This document shows, piece by piece, positions 27,769-39,900 of a DNA stretch of 64,000 bases. A program made the position numbers and the translations under genes. Every line of letters begins with the position of its first letter. Within the stretch, counting starts at the first letter, position 1. Source of the DNA: a virus; the IMG/VR virus record IMGVR_UViG_3300028008_000009, positions 38,439-102,438 of that record. One strand, given 5' to 3'. Under the pieces are notes generated by a model that ran no database searches, was not told the DNA's origin, and saw only the letters and a program-made list of their open reading frames with translations.

Positions 27769-28994
27769 TGGCAGGATATAGTGGAATAGGTATAAAATCA
27801 ACAAATGTTGAAACTCCAGGTAGAGCAAATCCGCATCAAGGTTATAATATTAATAATATTGCGGGAGTATATGTAGCTGAAGTAGTTAATGACAAAGATG
27901 TAAAACATAATGGTAAGGTAACTGTAATCATACCAGAACTAGGAACAAACTTTGAACGTATTATTTTATTAACAACACCGTTTGGCGGCAATACGGAAAT
28001 TACAGAATCATCAGAAGATGTTACATCATACGAAGGTGCGCCAAAAACGTACGGCATGTGGCCTCAACCGCCAGCAGTTGGATCAAATATATTAGTAGCA
28101 TTTGTTGGATCAATGGAACAAGGATTTTTTGTGGGATATCTACCACCGCTAGATCGTAATGCTACCATGGGAGGTCAAGCAAGTAGTAATGCATATGATG
28201 GATCAGAAGATAAACAAATACTTTCCGGAAGTAGTGAAAAAAATGATCTTGATGAAATAGATAATGATACTAGACCTGCAAACCCTGAATCAGTGGCTCA
28301 CCTAAACGACTCAGGACTTGCAGCTGATCTTGTGCGTGGACACAGCATGAGTAGTGCAAGACGAGAAAGCCCTAGTAATGTATTTGGTGTTACTACAAAA
28401 GCAGGACATACTATTAGCCTAGACGATGGCGCAGAAGATGGAACTAGTAATAATATTAGACTAAAAACAAGAGGTGGCCACACTGTATTACTTGATGACA
28501 CTAACGGTTTCATATTTATAGTCAACAAAGGTGGAACCGGTTGGATAGAATTAGATGCTGAAGGTCAAGTAGACATATACAGCCAAGGTGGCGTAAACAT
28601 AGGAACAGATGGAGATTACAATGTACATGCCAAGGGAAGTATTAATATGGAAGCAGAGCAAGGAGTTAACATCAGAAGCACAGGAACTGAAGGTATTAAA
28701 ATACAAAGCACTGTCGGTTCAATTGATATTCATAGTCATATCAATATTAACAGCACTGCTGATCAGCAAGTAAACATGTGGTCAAAAAGCAATACGTATA
28801 TCAAAGGCACACGTGTTGATATAAATCATCCTAAAAACCCAGCAGAAGCAGAAAAGCCTACACCACAAAGTCATATGGTAAACACTAGCGTAACGGAAAC
28901 CATTAACAGTAGAGTTCCAGAACATCATCCGTGGAAAGGTGCATCGACAATCCAAGAAGGATATCAGTATCCAAAAGGAAATTCAGTATCATGA
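27768..28994 (+). CDS. gp5: Baseplate central spike (gp5/VgrG-like)
   Basis: OB-fold N-terminus (GKVTVIIPEL, PPAVGSNILVAF), GHTISLDD/GHTVLLDD, beta-helix repeats and RVPEHHPW. Confidence 0.8.
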   Translation: MAGYSGIGIKSTNVETPGRANPHQGYNINNIAGVYVAEVVNDKDVKHNGKVTVIIPELGTNFERIILLTTPFGGNTEITESSEDVTSYEGAPKTYGMWPQPPAVGSNILVAFVGSMEQGFFVGYLPPLDRNATMGGQASSNAYDGSEDKQILSGSSEKNDLDEIDNDTRPANPESVAHLNDSGLAADLVRGHSMSSARRESPSNVFGVTTKAGHTISLDDGAEDGTSNNIRLKTRGGHTVLLDDTNGFIFIVNKGGTGWIELDAEGQVDIYSQGGVNIGTDGDYNVHAKGSINMEAEQGVNIRSTGTEGIKIQSTVGSIDIHSHININSTADQQVNMWSKSNTYIKGTRVDINHPKNPAEAEKPTPQSHMVNTSVTETINSRVPEHHPWKGASTIQEGYQYPKGNSVS

Positions 28995-29716
28995 AGAATT
29001 TAACTTTACCAACAACCATAGAAGAAACAGATTTGTTACCTTTTGATTTATTTAAGGCTACTGACAAAGAACTGGCGACAACACTTGTGCCTATTAAAAA
29101 TTTAGAAGCAAGTCCGGCTATAATTAATTTACTGTTGCGTAAAATAACATGGCGTGGATACTCATATTTAGATACAGATGGAGTTAGAAAAATTGGATAC
29201 AATTTAACTAACGGCGTTGATGGAAATGGACTCACCGAAGAAGAATCGTACAGTATATGGATTGAAGTATTTAAAGATGCTGAAAGAAGATTCAAAGAAA
29301 TATTTGTGTTAGACTCCCTAAGCCAAAGCCAATATGATGGTATGTTAAGTTTGTATTATCTAACTGGTGACTGGACAACAGTGGGTTCTGAAACAAGAAA
29401 ATTTAATCTATATGATTATGTAAAAAATAGACAATGGAATTATGTAGCAACTGCAATGGTTAATAGTGGGCCCAATAGGACTATGAGACAACTTGAAGCA
29501 AAAGTTATTATGCTTGCTGATTATGGAATTCGAAAAAATATACCGCTGATCAGACGACAAGGAATACAAGACATAGCAAGCAAGTATCCATCAAGATTAC
29601 TTGATGATAAAAGCAGAGCTCAAGCAGAGTATGTATACTACGAATTAACAAATAGGTTCTTGCCCCACATGGCAGAATCACGACAACGGATATTATCATC
29701 TCAACTTAATAAGTAA
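28991..29716 (+). CDS. Lysozyme-fold (GH24-like) baseplate protein, possibly catalytically degenerate
   Basis: YLDTDGVRKIGY and LSQSQYDGMLSL motifs. ATGA overlap with the spike gene. Confidence 0.6.
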   Translation: MKNLTLPTTIEETDLLPFDLFKATDKELATTLVPIKNLEASPAIINLLLRKITWRGYSYLDTDGVRKIGYNLTNGVDGNGLTEEESYSIWIEVFKDAERRFKEIFVLDSLSQSQYDGMLSLYYLTGDWTTVGSETRKFNLYDYVKNRQWNYVATAMVNSGPNRTMRQLEAKVIMLADYGIRKNIPLIRRQGIQDIASKYPSRLLDDKSRAQAEYVYYELTNRFLPHMAESRQRILSSQLNK

Positions 29717-29727
29717 AGGACGACAAA

Positions 29728-30285
29728 ATGCATGCAAGTGTATTACTTTTAAACGCTGATGCAACACCTTTAAGTTTACTTCCGTTGAGTACAATCAGCT
29801 GGCAGAATGCAATCAAGGCCATGTGGAGTAACAAAGTACATGTACTAGAAAACTATGCAGGTCGATTTTTGCATACACCCACAATAGAAGTACCACTACC
29901 AAGTGTTGTTATGATGAACACTTATCACAAGCCTCCAAGCAAAGCAAAGTTTTCTCGCAAAAATGTATACTTACGTGATGGATACTGTTGTCAATACTGT
30001 GGTAATCTATTTTACTACAACGAGCTTACAATAGATCATGTAGTTCCAAAATCAAAAGGTGGGAAGCTAACATGGGAAAATAGTGTTACTGCATGCGGTC
30101 CTTGTAATGTAAAGAAAGCCGACAAGTTATATCCAAAACCAATTAGGCAACCTGTGCGTCCTACATGGTTTCAAATAAATCATTCAACAACCTTTCATGA
30201 TCTTCAAATTCCAGATGCAAATTGGAAAAATTACCTAAAGTGGCCAGAAGAACGACTACATGTTGCTGATACTATCACACTTTAA
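29728..30285 (+). CDS. HNH endonuclease (McrA/HNH_5-like)
   Basis: RDGYCCQYCG, TIDHVVPKSKGG and WENSVTACGPCNVKK. Confidence 0.9.
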   Translation: MHASVLLLNADATPLSLLPLSTISWQNAIKAMWSNKVHVLENYAGRFLHTPTIEVPLPSVVMMNTYHKPPSKAKFSRKNVYLRDGYCCQYCGNLFYYNELTIDHVVPKSKGGKLTWENSVTACGPCNVKKADKLYPKPIRQPVRPTWFQINHSTTFHDLQIPDANWKNYLKWPEERLHVADTITL

Positions 30286-30327
30286 TAAAAATTAAATACT
30301 ACTATAATTTAATTGATAAATACTTGT

Positions 30328-30777
30328 ATGAGTAATATAGTAGGCTACACAACCGTAAATCAAAAGAATGCAAGTTTAAGATTAAATGATCTGGAACTAG
30401 CTAAACGTGATTTGATAAATCACTTTCATATCCGTAAAGGTGAGAAGTGGACACAACCTGACTTTGGCAGTAACTTACCGTATTATGTCTTTCAACCATT
30501 GGGTGATAGCACAGTTCAGTTAATTAAAGATGAAGTTTATGAGATTGTAACATACGATCCTAGATTTGAGTTAGCAGACGGAGATGTTGTATTACTCGAC
30601 GACACAGGTAGAAACGTTGCTAGTTGGAACGCAACAAGTGGTAATGTTGTAGTTACAACAGACAATGACGGACATTCAATAACAGTAGCGGTCAAGTTAA
30701 TATATGTACCAACTACGACTGCAACAGATTTGCAGATTAAATTTGACAGAGAATTTAACGAAAAAGAAGAGTTTTAA
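30328..30777 (+). CDS. gp25: Baseplate wedge subunit (gp25-like)
   Basis: IRKGEKWTQPDFGSNL and YDPRF motifs. The ATG lies 5 nt after GATAAATA. Confidence 0.85.
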   Translation: MSNIVGYTTVNQKNASLRLNDLELAKRDLINHFHIRKGEKWTQPDFGSNLPYYVFQPLGDSTVQLIKDEVYEIVTYDPRFELADGDVVLLDDTGRNVASWNATSGNVVVTTDNDGHSITVAVKLIYVPTTTATDLQIKFDREFNEKEEF

Positions 30778-30779
30778 TT

Positions 30780-33700
30780 ATGGCACAAAATATTAGACAA
30801 TCAAAACTTTTTGCATCAGAAGATTATAAAGCAGTATACGATTCATATATCAATGCTAATTTACAAGCATATGATTATGATACTATTCGTACAGCGATGG
30901 TCGAGTATGTAAGAAACACATATCCAGAAAACTACAATGACTGGATCGAAAGTTCAGAATTTGTTGCACTACTTGACGTAGTAGCACAAATGGGACACAA
31001 CTTAGCATTTAGAGTTGACCTTAACTCGCGCAATAACTTTTTAAGTACAGCCGAAAGACAGGACAGTGTTTATAAACTTGCAGAATTTATTGGCTATACA
31101 CCAAGACGTAACGTGCCAGCGTTTGGTGAGATGAAAGTAATTAGTGCAAAAACAAACGAGACTGTAATAGGTAGTGCAGGAACAAGTTTGGGTGGACAAG
31201 ATATTAAATTTGAATCAACAAGCAATGTAAACAACTTAGATGATTTTATTGCAGTAATGAACAGCATACTACAATATGGTAACCAGTTTGGTAGCCCAAA
31301 GAAACAAACATCAGTTGGCAATATCACACAACAGTTTTATGAATTAAACAATACACCAGGACAAATTAAATTTAATGTAACTGGCCTGGCAAATGGAACA
31401 ACAGCCACATACAATATTATAAGTGTAGACTATGACAACAATCTTGTATACGAAAAAAGTCCAAGCCCAACTAGTGCGTTTGGTGTTTACTATAAAAACA
31501 GTGGACTTGGTTTAACAAACAAAGACACAGGATTCTTCTTAGCAGTCAAAGAAGGAACATTAGAATTTAAAGATATTAACATTACAGATCCAGTAGATAA
31601 CCAAACAATAGATATTAATGTTGATAACGTTAATAACAGTGATGTATGGGTACAAACTGTTAACACAGATGGTACAGTTATTAAACAATGGACTAATGTA
31701 AAAAATGCGGCAGCATACAGTAACACATCATACAACGGTGTTATGTCATCTACCAGAGATATCTATTCAGTAAAGACACGCAAAGATAATCAAATATCAA
31801 TTAACTTTGCCGACAAGTCGTTTGGTAATTTACCAAAAGGTATTATACGTGTATGGTATCGTGTAAGTAAAGATGAAACATATGTAGTGCGTCCAGATGA
31901 TTTATCAAACAAAAAAGTTTCAATTAAATATCAAGGACTTGACGGTAACGAATATACTGCACAGCTTACATTACAATTAAAGACAAGCATTACAACAGCT
32001 TCTGCAGCTGAAACATTGGATAACATTAAACAAAATGCTCCACTGGCATATGCAAGTCAAAACAGATTAGTTACAGCAGACGATTATAATACATTATTCT
32101 CATATCAATCTAATAACGTAGTAAAAGTTAAAAGCCTCAACAGAACATTTAGTGGACACAGTAGATACATTGACTTTAGTGATCCTACTGGTGAATACAG
32201 TAACCTATTGATAAATGGAGCTGATGGCAGACTTTACGAAGACAACATTGTTAAAAGTAAAACCACAGTAGTTGGACAAAATAAAGATTACATATTTGAA
32301 AAGTATGTTAAAAATCAATTAGGTGATTTTGATCTTATTAATTTATATTATACAAAATTTACAAATGCGTTTGATACGCTCAAAACTGAGTATTCATATG
32401 TAGCAAATACTACATATGGAGATGCAAATTTTGGCATAGGCGGATTTGTTTGGACAGTACCAGGTGGTAATATTTATAATGCTAACACAGGATACTTTAT
32501 TATTAAAAATGGAGTTGACGTACAACGTGTAGGTAAATCACAAACAAATTACTTGAATCAACTTAAAGTAGGCGCAATGGTTAAGTTTATTACTCCAACC
32601 GGAGAAACTGTATGGTCTAAAGTATTAAACATATTTGCAAGTGGACTAGGCATTGACAGGGCACAGCTAGGTGAATCCAGCGGACTAAAGTCAGATGGAC
32701 TAGGAGCCATTACATTAGATTCTGTAGTTCCAAATAATAGTATCATCGATATTATTGTACCATCATTTCAACGATTATTTAAAACAAGAGAATCAAATAT
32801 TATTAAAACATATCTTGATGCAAAAGTTTCATTCTCTCTTAGATTTGATTATAAAAATCAAAGTTGGGAATTAGATAACACACCAGAGGCATATGATGCT
32901 GATTTTAGTAATGTTGTTTTTGATAACACAGATAGCAGCTGGTTAATTTATTTTAAATTTGAATCCGGTAGGTATGAAATTTATACTAGAACTACTAGAT
33001 ACGTATTAAAAAGCGATAGTGTTGCATTTACTAATGTTAGTTTAAATGCTGGACTTGATTCGCTTACTAAAAAGAAAGCAAAAGATACAGTTGAATTTAC
33101 TATTAATAATATTGTAAATGCTGAAATTAGCACAACAACTGGAATAATGCATGTAAGCGGAATAGCACAAGATGATAATGGTGTTATTGATGCTTCGCAT
33201 GTTTACTTGTCGTTAGTAGATGATAACTATGATAATCGACCAGACAACCCACTGGTGTTCAGTGAGCTTACCAATCCTTTAAATTTATCTCCTGCACCAA
33301 ACCCAATTATTACAGAAGACAGTGTAACATACACTGGACTTAAAAATCTAAACTTTGTTTGGAAACACATTGCTGCAGATAGAGAAATTGTAGACCCAAG
33401 CTATACAAATATAATTGATGTATATGTTCTTAACAGAACATATGACACTGCATATAGAACTTGGCTATTAACAAACGAAGGCGAACAACCTCTTCCACCT
33501 ACAAGCGATGCTTTGGCATCTAGCTTTGTGGATGTTGAAAGACAAAAAACAATTAGTGATACAGTAATTTATAAACCAGTTAAATATAAAACACTATTTG
33601 GTCCAGCAGCACATTCATCATTACGTGCAACGTTTGATGTAGTAAAAACAAAAGGAAGCAACGTAGTTGACAGTGAAGTTAGAGCAAATGTTGTTAAAGC

Positions 33701-33947
33701 AATCTCAGATTTCTTCGCAGTTGAAAACTGGAGCTTCGGCGAAACATTTTACTTTACAGAACTTGCTGCATATGTACACAAAGAATTATCAATGCAAGTG
33801 AGTAGCTTTACTATTGTACCTCATGGGTCATCAAGTGTATTTGGTGAACTATTTGAAATCACACCAAACATCGATGAGATGTTTATACCAGATGTGAGCA
33901 TAGATGATATTGATATCGTTAGTAACGTTGTTACTAAAACAAATTAG
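30780..33947 (+). CDS. gp6: Baseplate wedge subunit (gp6-like)
   Basis: YDYDTIR, LAFRVDL, FLSTAER, IGYTP and IKQNAP...QNRLVTADDY. Confidence 0.85.
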   Translation: MAQNIRQSKLFASEDYKAVYDSYINANLQAYDYDTIRTAMVEYVRNTYPENYNDWIESSEFVALLDVVAQMGHNLAFRVDLNSRNNFLSTAERQDSVYKLAEFIGYTPRRNVPAFGEMKVISAKTNETVIGSAGTSLGGQDIKFESTSNVNNLDDFIAVMNSILQYGNQFGSPKKQTSVGNITQQFYELNNTPGQIKFNVTGLANGTTATYNIISVDYDNNLVYEKSPSPTSAFGVYYKNSGLGLTNKDTGFFLAVKEGTLEFKDINITDPVDNQTIDINVDNVNNSDVWVQTVNTDGTVIKQWTNVKNAAAYSNTSYNGVMSSTRDIYSVKTRKDNQISINFADKSFGNLPKGIIRVWYRVSKDETYVVRPDDLSNKKVSIKYQGLDGNEYTAQLTLQLKTSITTASAAETLDNIKQNAPLAYASQNRLVTADDYNTLFSYQSNNVVKVKSLNRTFSGHSRYIDFSDPTGEYSNLLINGADGRLYEDNIVKSKTTVVGQNKDYIFEKYVKNQLGDFDLINLYYTKFTNAFDTLKTEYSYVANTTYGDANFGIGGFVWTVPGGNIYNANTGYFIIKNGVDVQRVGKSQTNYLNQLKVGAMVKFITPTGETVWSKVLNIFASGLGIDRAQLGESSGLKSDGLGAITLDSVVPNNSIIDIIVPSFQRLFKTRESNIIKTYLDAKVSFSLRFDYKNQSWELDNTPEAYDADFSNVVFDNTDSSWLIYFKFESGRYEIYTRTTRYVLKSDSVAFTNVSLNAGLDSLTKKKAKDTVEFTINNIVNAEISTTTGIMHVSGIAQDDNGVIDASHVYLSLVDDNYDNRPDNPLVFSELTNPLNLSPAPNPIITEDSVTYTGLKNLNFVWKHIAADREIVDPSYTNIIDVYVLNRTYDTAYRTWLLTNEGEQPLPPTSDALASSFVDVERQKTISDTVIYKPVKYKTLFGPAAHSSLRATFDVVKTKGSNVVDSEVRANVVKAISDFFAVENWSFGETFYFTELAAYVHKELSMQVSSFTIVPHGSSSVFGELFEITPNIDEMFIPDVSIDDIDIVSNVVTKTN

Positions 33948-33958
33948 GATAAGATTTA

Positions 33959-36900
33959 ATGGCTAAGAAAAAAGCAGGAAGTTATAACACTCCAATCACA
34001 AAAGCATCTAATTTATTACCTCAGGTTTTTAATACTGATGTAAATAAAAAATGGTTAGACAGTACGTTAGACCAGATGATTTCAAAAGGTAGCCTCAAAA
34101 ACGTTGAAGGCTATATTGGAGATACTTCGGGCAAGAATAGAAATGTCGGAGACACTTACACAAGCGAACAAAAATTATCACCTACAGTTACAGTTAAAGA
34201 TGAGAATAAAAATCTAGTAGATGCAATTACACCAGATGACATTGCAAACTCTGTTAATATTAATTTCTCAGAATACAATTATAGTTCTGCCAATGCTAAT
34301 AAAAAATACAGTTATCGTCCACCAATTAATGTAAACAAGTTTATAAATTATACAAACTATGCATGGGTTGACCAAATGCCTACATACGAAAGTGTGCGAA
34401 CACTTAATGCGGCAACTGTAGATGCAGCAAATCCAAGTATACCAACTGGCTCAGACTTACCCGGTGGACCGTCGGATGGTGATTACTTTGCGTTAGACAC
34501 TGGTGGCACAGTAAGAACATACAGATATTCTATCTCTATTAATAAATGGCAACCTAGTAAAACTACTAATGCAATATATAGCAAAAATGGAAACAATGAA
34601 GGTTATACAACATCTATTAATCCAGTAGAACTTTCAGCTAATCAATTAAGATATATTGTGGAAGACAATAATAATACATTTGCATTAGCAGACCAAATGC
34701 TTATTAGATTTGTTGGCGATGGATGGGACCCTAGTTCAAAGATAGGTACATATCTTGTAACAGGCACAGGCAACGGAATAAAATTAGTACCTTGGTACAA
34801 TTGGGCCTATGGTACACAAATATATCCAATGACAACAAAAACTACAATAACAGTAGGTGGCATCTGGGACGAAAGCACGGTAACAATAGTTTCCCCAAAT
34901 ACAAATAGTTCTATGTGGAATAATAATCTTACACACTTTGGAACAATGATGACTGCATACAATGAAGATGCCAATAGATTACCTATATTTGATGGGTTCG
35001 TATTTAATAATGCAGAATCAAACCCAACACAATTTATGGAAGATAAGTTAATTGTATTTGGTCCTGAATGGGTTACCGCTAATGAGAATCCTGCACTCGA
35101 TCCGCTTGAATATTATAAAGTATATTACACTAGTAGAAATAGTACAACTGGTGATGTTTCAGTTAATGTATTCATTGACGCAATGCAAGAAAACAATGCA
35201 ATAAAACAATATATAGCAACAGGCGTATCAGAAAAGGTATGGGAAAAGTATAAGGATCAACTTATAGGTTTCGATGAATTAACTTGGGATAAATCTACAG
35301 CTATAGTTTCAGCAAAAGATTATATAGTTTCAACAACAGACAGTCCATTTAGAACTGCTTGGAGCAGAAACAACAAATGGACAGACATTAGCACATTAAA
35401 GAAAGTTAACGAACTAGTACATGACGGTATTGATCTTAAAACTTTAATAGAATCTAAGAACATTGCAAAGCGTCCTATTATAGAATTTGACGGCAAGCTG
35501 AATCTATGGGATTGGGCAAGTTACTCACCGGAACTAGGTAATAATCAATGGTTAGGCGTAGCTGACTTTATGGTTAAGCCAACTGGCGACTATGCATTAG
35601 AAACTGTCAATGGTGTACTTAGATTTGCTACACCAGATAAAGTAGAAATTAATCCAACTGATAAAACTCGTATAATATTTACAGAAAGCGAGCACCAAAA
35701 TAAAGTATGGAAAATTACATTAAATGGTACACACAAACAATTAACATCAGTTACTGATCTCCAAATCAATCATGTTATGTATGTTAGAAATGCATCGCCA
35801 GATACACAAGATAGATTATGGACAAACAGTGATGTTTGGTTTGATGGTGCAAAATGGAAAATAGGACAACAACGCATTGACAATAATCAAATGCCACTGT
35901 TTAGACTTTACACAGCAGACGGTGTAGCACTTGAAACACTTGACGGTGTAGTATTCAACGGCAGCAGAGTATTCAATTACAAATTAGGCTCGGGACATGT
36001 TGATAAGGAATTAAATCATTCACTATCTTATAAAGATGTCAACGGCAGAGCTGAATATCAATTTGAGAATTATTTGTTCACTGAAGATTATTTTCAAAAT
36101 GTTAGGTCAGATGCAAATAGAGATATTACACATCGTAGAAAAATTCCAGGACAATACTTCTTCAAGCATAATAACAAGCTGAGTACATTATATAAACAAA
36201 GCGAAGATATTGCTGGTGCTGAAACATTACTAACAACAGATGTTACAAGTGTAAAAACAGACTTAGAAATTGCTGTCGGATGGAATGCTTGGAGAACAAA
36301 TCGTATTGTTCAATTACACCAAGCCGGCAAGGAATGTGTGTTAACTGAATTACAAAATGGTGTTTACTTAGATAAGACAAATATCAATCATAATAATATT
36401 TACGTAGGTAAAAGCATACAAGTTGAGTTTGACAACTTATTAGAAAACAGTAATATTAAATTTAAAACTGTAAGTGGAACAGAAATTAATATAAACAATT
36501 ATGATCCAAATCAAACAGGATACACGCATAACGTATCTGGAATAGAAATGTGGAGAGATATTAATTACAACATTGTATTAAACGTTACTACATACAATGA
36601 TAAAATTATTATCGAGCCAGATGACTTAACACTAACAAATAACTATACAATTATACCGCTTGACGACTACGATGAAATAGATCATACTGTAGAGATCAAT
36701 GGTGTACATTTGTCAGCTAACCAATATACAATCAGTGCAGACACTATTACTATACCTAAAGAATTAATAAAAGTCAACGATATTGTTGATGTAAGATATA
36801 CAAACAATGACAATGATAATAGAGCAACAAACATTTCTATTCCAAATACATTAAAGCATAATGCAACCAACGAGTTAATAAAAGACTTTACTCATAGCGA

Positions 36901-39900
36901 AACAATAGGCCACTGGCAGAGTATAATAAACTCAACACCTGGATTCGAAGGTAACATATATTCTACCAACAACTATGAAGCGATAAACACGCACACAGTA
37001 TTTGGTGGTAACTTATTCATATACAAAGACCTTAGTTTAGTACACGATGCCTTGTACGCAAGCAACCAAATAGATTTAACTAATGTACTAATATCAACAG
37101 GTGAAGAATGGGATAATTTTAAAAGTAGATTCTCAAGTCAAGTAAGTAGACTTTATGCAAGCAAGCCTTACACATCGGTTAGAGCATTAGTTGACGAGGC
37201 ACTAAAATCAATTACAGTTATTCGCAAGGGCGGTGATTTATATTCAACGTCTAATATGGTTTACTTTGAAAAGACAAAAGCACAAAAACTTGTTATTGAG
37301 CATACTTTATCTTTTCCTACATTAAAATTAAAAAACAACATTCACAGCGATACTAACATACAAGACCATGCATATGTTTATATAACCGAGCTTATCAATA
37401 CAAAGCTATCTACGAGATTAGCAGTAAAAGATATTGACTATTATCAAATTGGTAACACAGTTACATTTACATATCAGCCAGTTGGTACAGCAACTGATAG
37501 TCCATACATAGAAGTTTATTATCATCAAATGGATGGCCAATCAAATGTTCCACCAAGTTTAACTAAACTTAGACTTGCACCTGCACATGTTCCAACATTT
37601 GTCTCCGGCACATTGATTGGACACGATTGTGCAATAAAAAAGGGAAGAGTAGATTCTGTAGTAAATGATATGAACTCAGACAAATTTGATGTCGTGTTAT
37701 CTGCATTATTTGAATTAGAGAAAAGAGTATATGCTGGACTTGTAAAAGGTGATAATATTAATTCGGATAACGAAAACATAAACTATGGATTTACTTCTAT
37801 GTTTATACCAAACAAGTCAAGAAAAACTTGGTACACATTAGACGTAGTTAATAATGCATTGTATAGACATTTCAAAAAATGGAAAGCTAAGTATATCGGC
37901 GAAAACATTACACCAGCAGGCTATGATGCTAACGATCCTAAAACATGGAACTGGAGCAATTCTGCAGTAGGTGGACATTTTAAAACTAACAAACTACCAG
38001 GGCATTGGACTGGAGCATACGAAGTATTGTTTGGAACACAAACTCCACACCTTACGCCGTGGCACATGCTTGGTCATGCATTCAAACCTACTTGGTGGGA
38101 TTCAAAATACAGTTGGGTTGACCCTACAAAACGTGCAGCTCTAATCAAAGCACTAAAGCATGGCTCTATATCAGAGACAAGACAGGACACAGAATGGGCA
38201 AACTACATGTGGGATTGGGATAATTATTGCCCAGTTAAAACTGATGGTTCACCTGAAAACATTGATAATGTGTTAGGTAGCGTGTCGGAATTCGACGCCG
38301 CACAAGAATTTGTGTTTGGTGATTGGGCTGGACTAGAGGGCGTGTGGAGAAATACTTCTGCAGGCAAGGCTGCATTAATAGATGTATTATTGAAACTAAA
38401 TCCAACAAAAGCATTTGGTAAATTTTACGCACCTGGTACTGCTAGACTAGAGAAGCATTTAGACTTCTTAGACAGAGACGGTAATATTAATACACTATCT
38501 TCTAATTTAATACCAGCAAAGATTTACAAACGAGTAATATCAGATATTACTATAGAAACTATAGATCAATTTGCACGTGGTACATTTATTAGACTTGCAG
38601 GACCACAAGGTGGAGTTGATGCAATAGTTACACCTAACTTTGTTGGCTCTTCTAATATGTCTTACATAGATGGAGTAAGCCTATCATCAAGAGGCAGAAA
38701 CTTAACAAACACACCTGCATTGTATACCAACTTTACACAAAAGCAAATTGATACTTCAACTGTTACATACGAAACAAAAGAAGTACAACATGTGTCATCT
38801 GGTATAGCTCAAGCATTATATAATTTTGTAACACAAAATAATATCAATTATAGTATTGATAATTTGCATAACAGAATAGATACACATTTTGGAACACGAC
38901 TAAATGGATTCTCAAGTAAACACTTGTTAGATTTTAAAACAGATACATTTGATACAACAAATCATACGCTTAGTGAAAATGATTTTGAACTAGCTATGTA
39001 TGAAAGTACACCTATTAATATTGCAATTGCAAGTTCAATTACAATTGAAAAGACAAACCAAGGTTGGCAGATTACAGGAGCCGGATACGGTAAACAAGAG
39101 TTTGCATTCTTTGAACCAAATTATACTAACTCAACTTCTTACACAAATGTACAAATTGGAACACACGAAGTTAAACAATATAAAAACTTCGCTCCTATAC
39201 ATAGCGTAATAGATTATGAAACAACACTTAAAAAGATACAAGATACTTATTCGTTCATACGTGGGTACTATGTATATCTTGAATCAATTGGTTTTACATT
39301 CCCATACAGCGGAGATAGTGTAGCAGTATCATTTGTCAAGTGGGCATTAAGTTCAAATTATGGTGATACTAAAACATTCGACTTGGGTACAAATTTAAAG
39401 TTTGCACCAACACACGGCAATGTATTAGAGCTTAACACTAGCATATATAAAGAAAATACAATAGCAACATTGGACAGCACAAGTATTGACACATCAAACT
39501 TATTCATTGATAGAGTCGATAATATATTGTCGTTGGAAACTATCGACAACACTATTATTGGTTCGGTTGGATTTGTTGTAGTTGAACATGACCATATAGC
39601 ATTGTTAAATGATAAAACAACATTTGGTGTTGTTGTTCATGATGATGTAAAAGATATATCACAAGATAGAGTATCATTTAGAGGATTAATAACAAGCAAC
39701 TGGACTGGACACAAACGTGCTCCTGGTTACCTAGTGTTTGATAATAAGATTGTTGAAAACTTTGATAGCAGTGTACAATCAATTGATGATTACTATAGAA
39801 CTGATAGCATAGATTTTAATCCAGCAATTACAAAACTAGAAGATATAACAATTGGCAACTCAAATAAAAATCTTGCAATATACGGAAAAGAATTTGATGC

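Noticed and set aside
29728-30285. HNH gene as an IscB/Cas9-like RNA-guided nuclease (its N-terminus VLLLNADATPL recalls the PLMP motif)
   Set aside because: It is only 185 aa, has no RuvC motifs or bridge helix, and has no adjacent non-coding space for a guide RNA. It fits the ordinary McrA-like HNH family.
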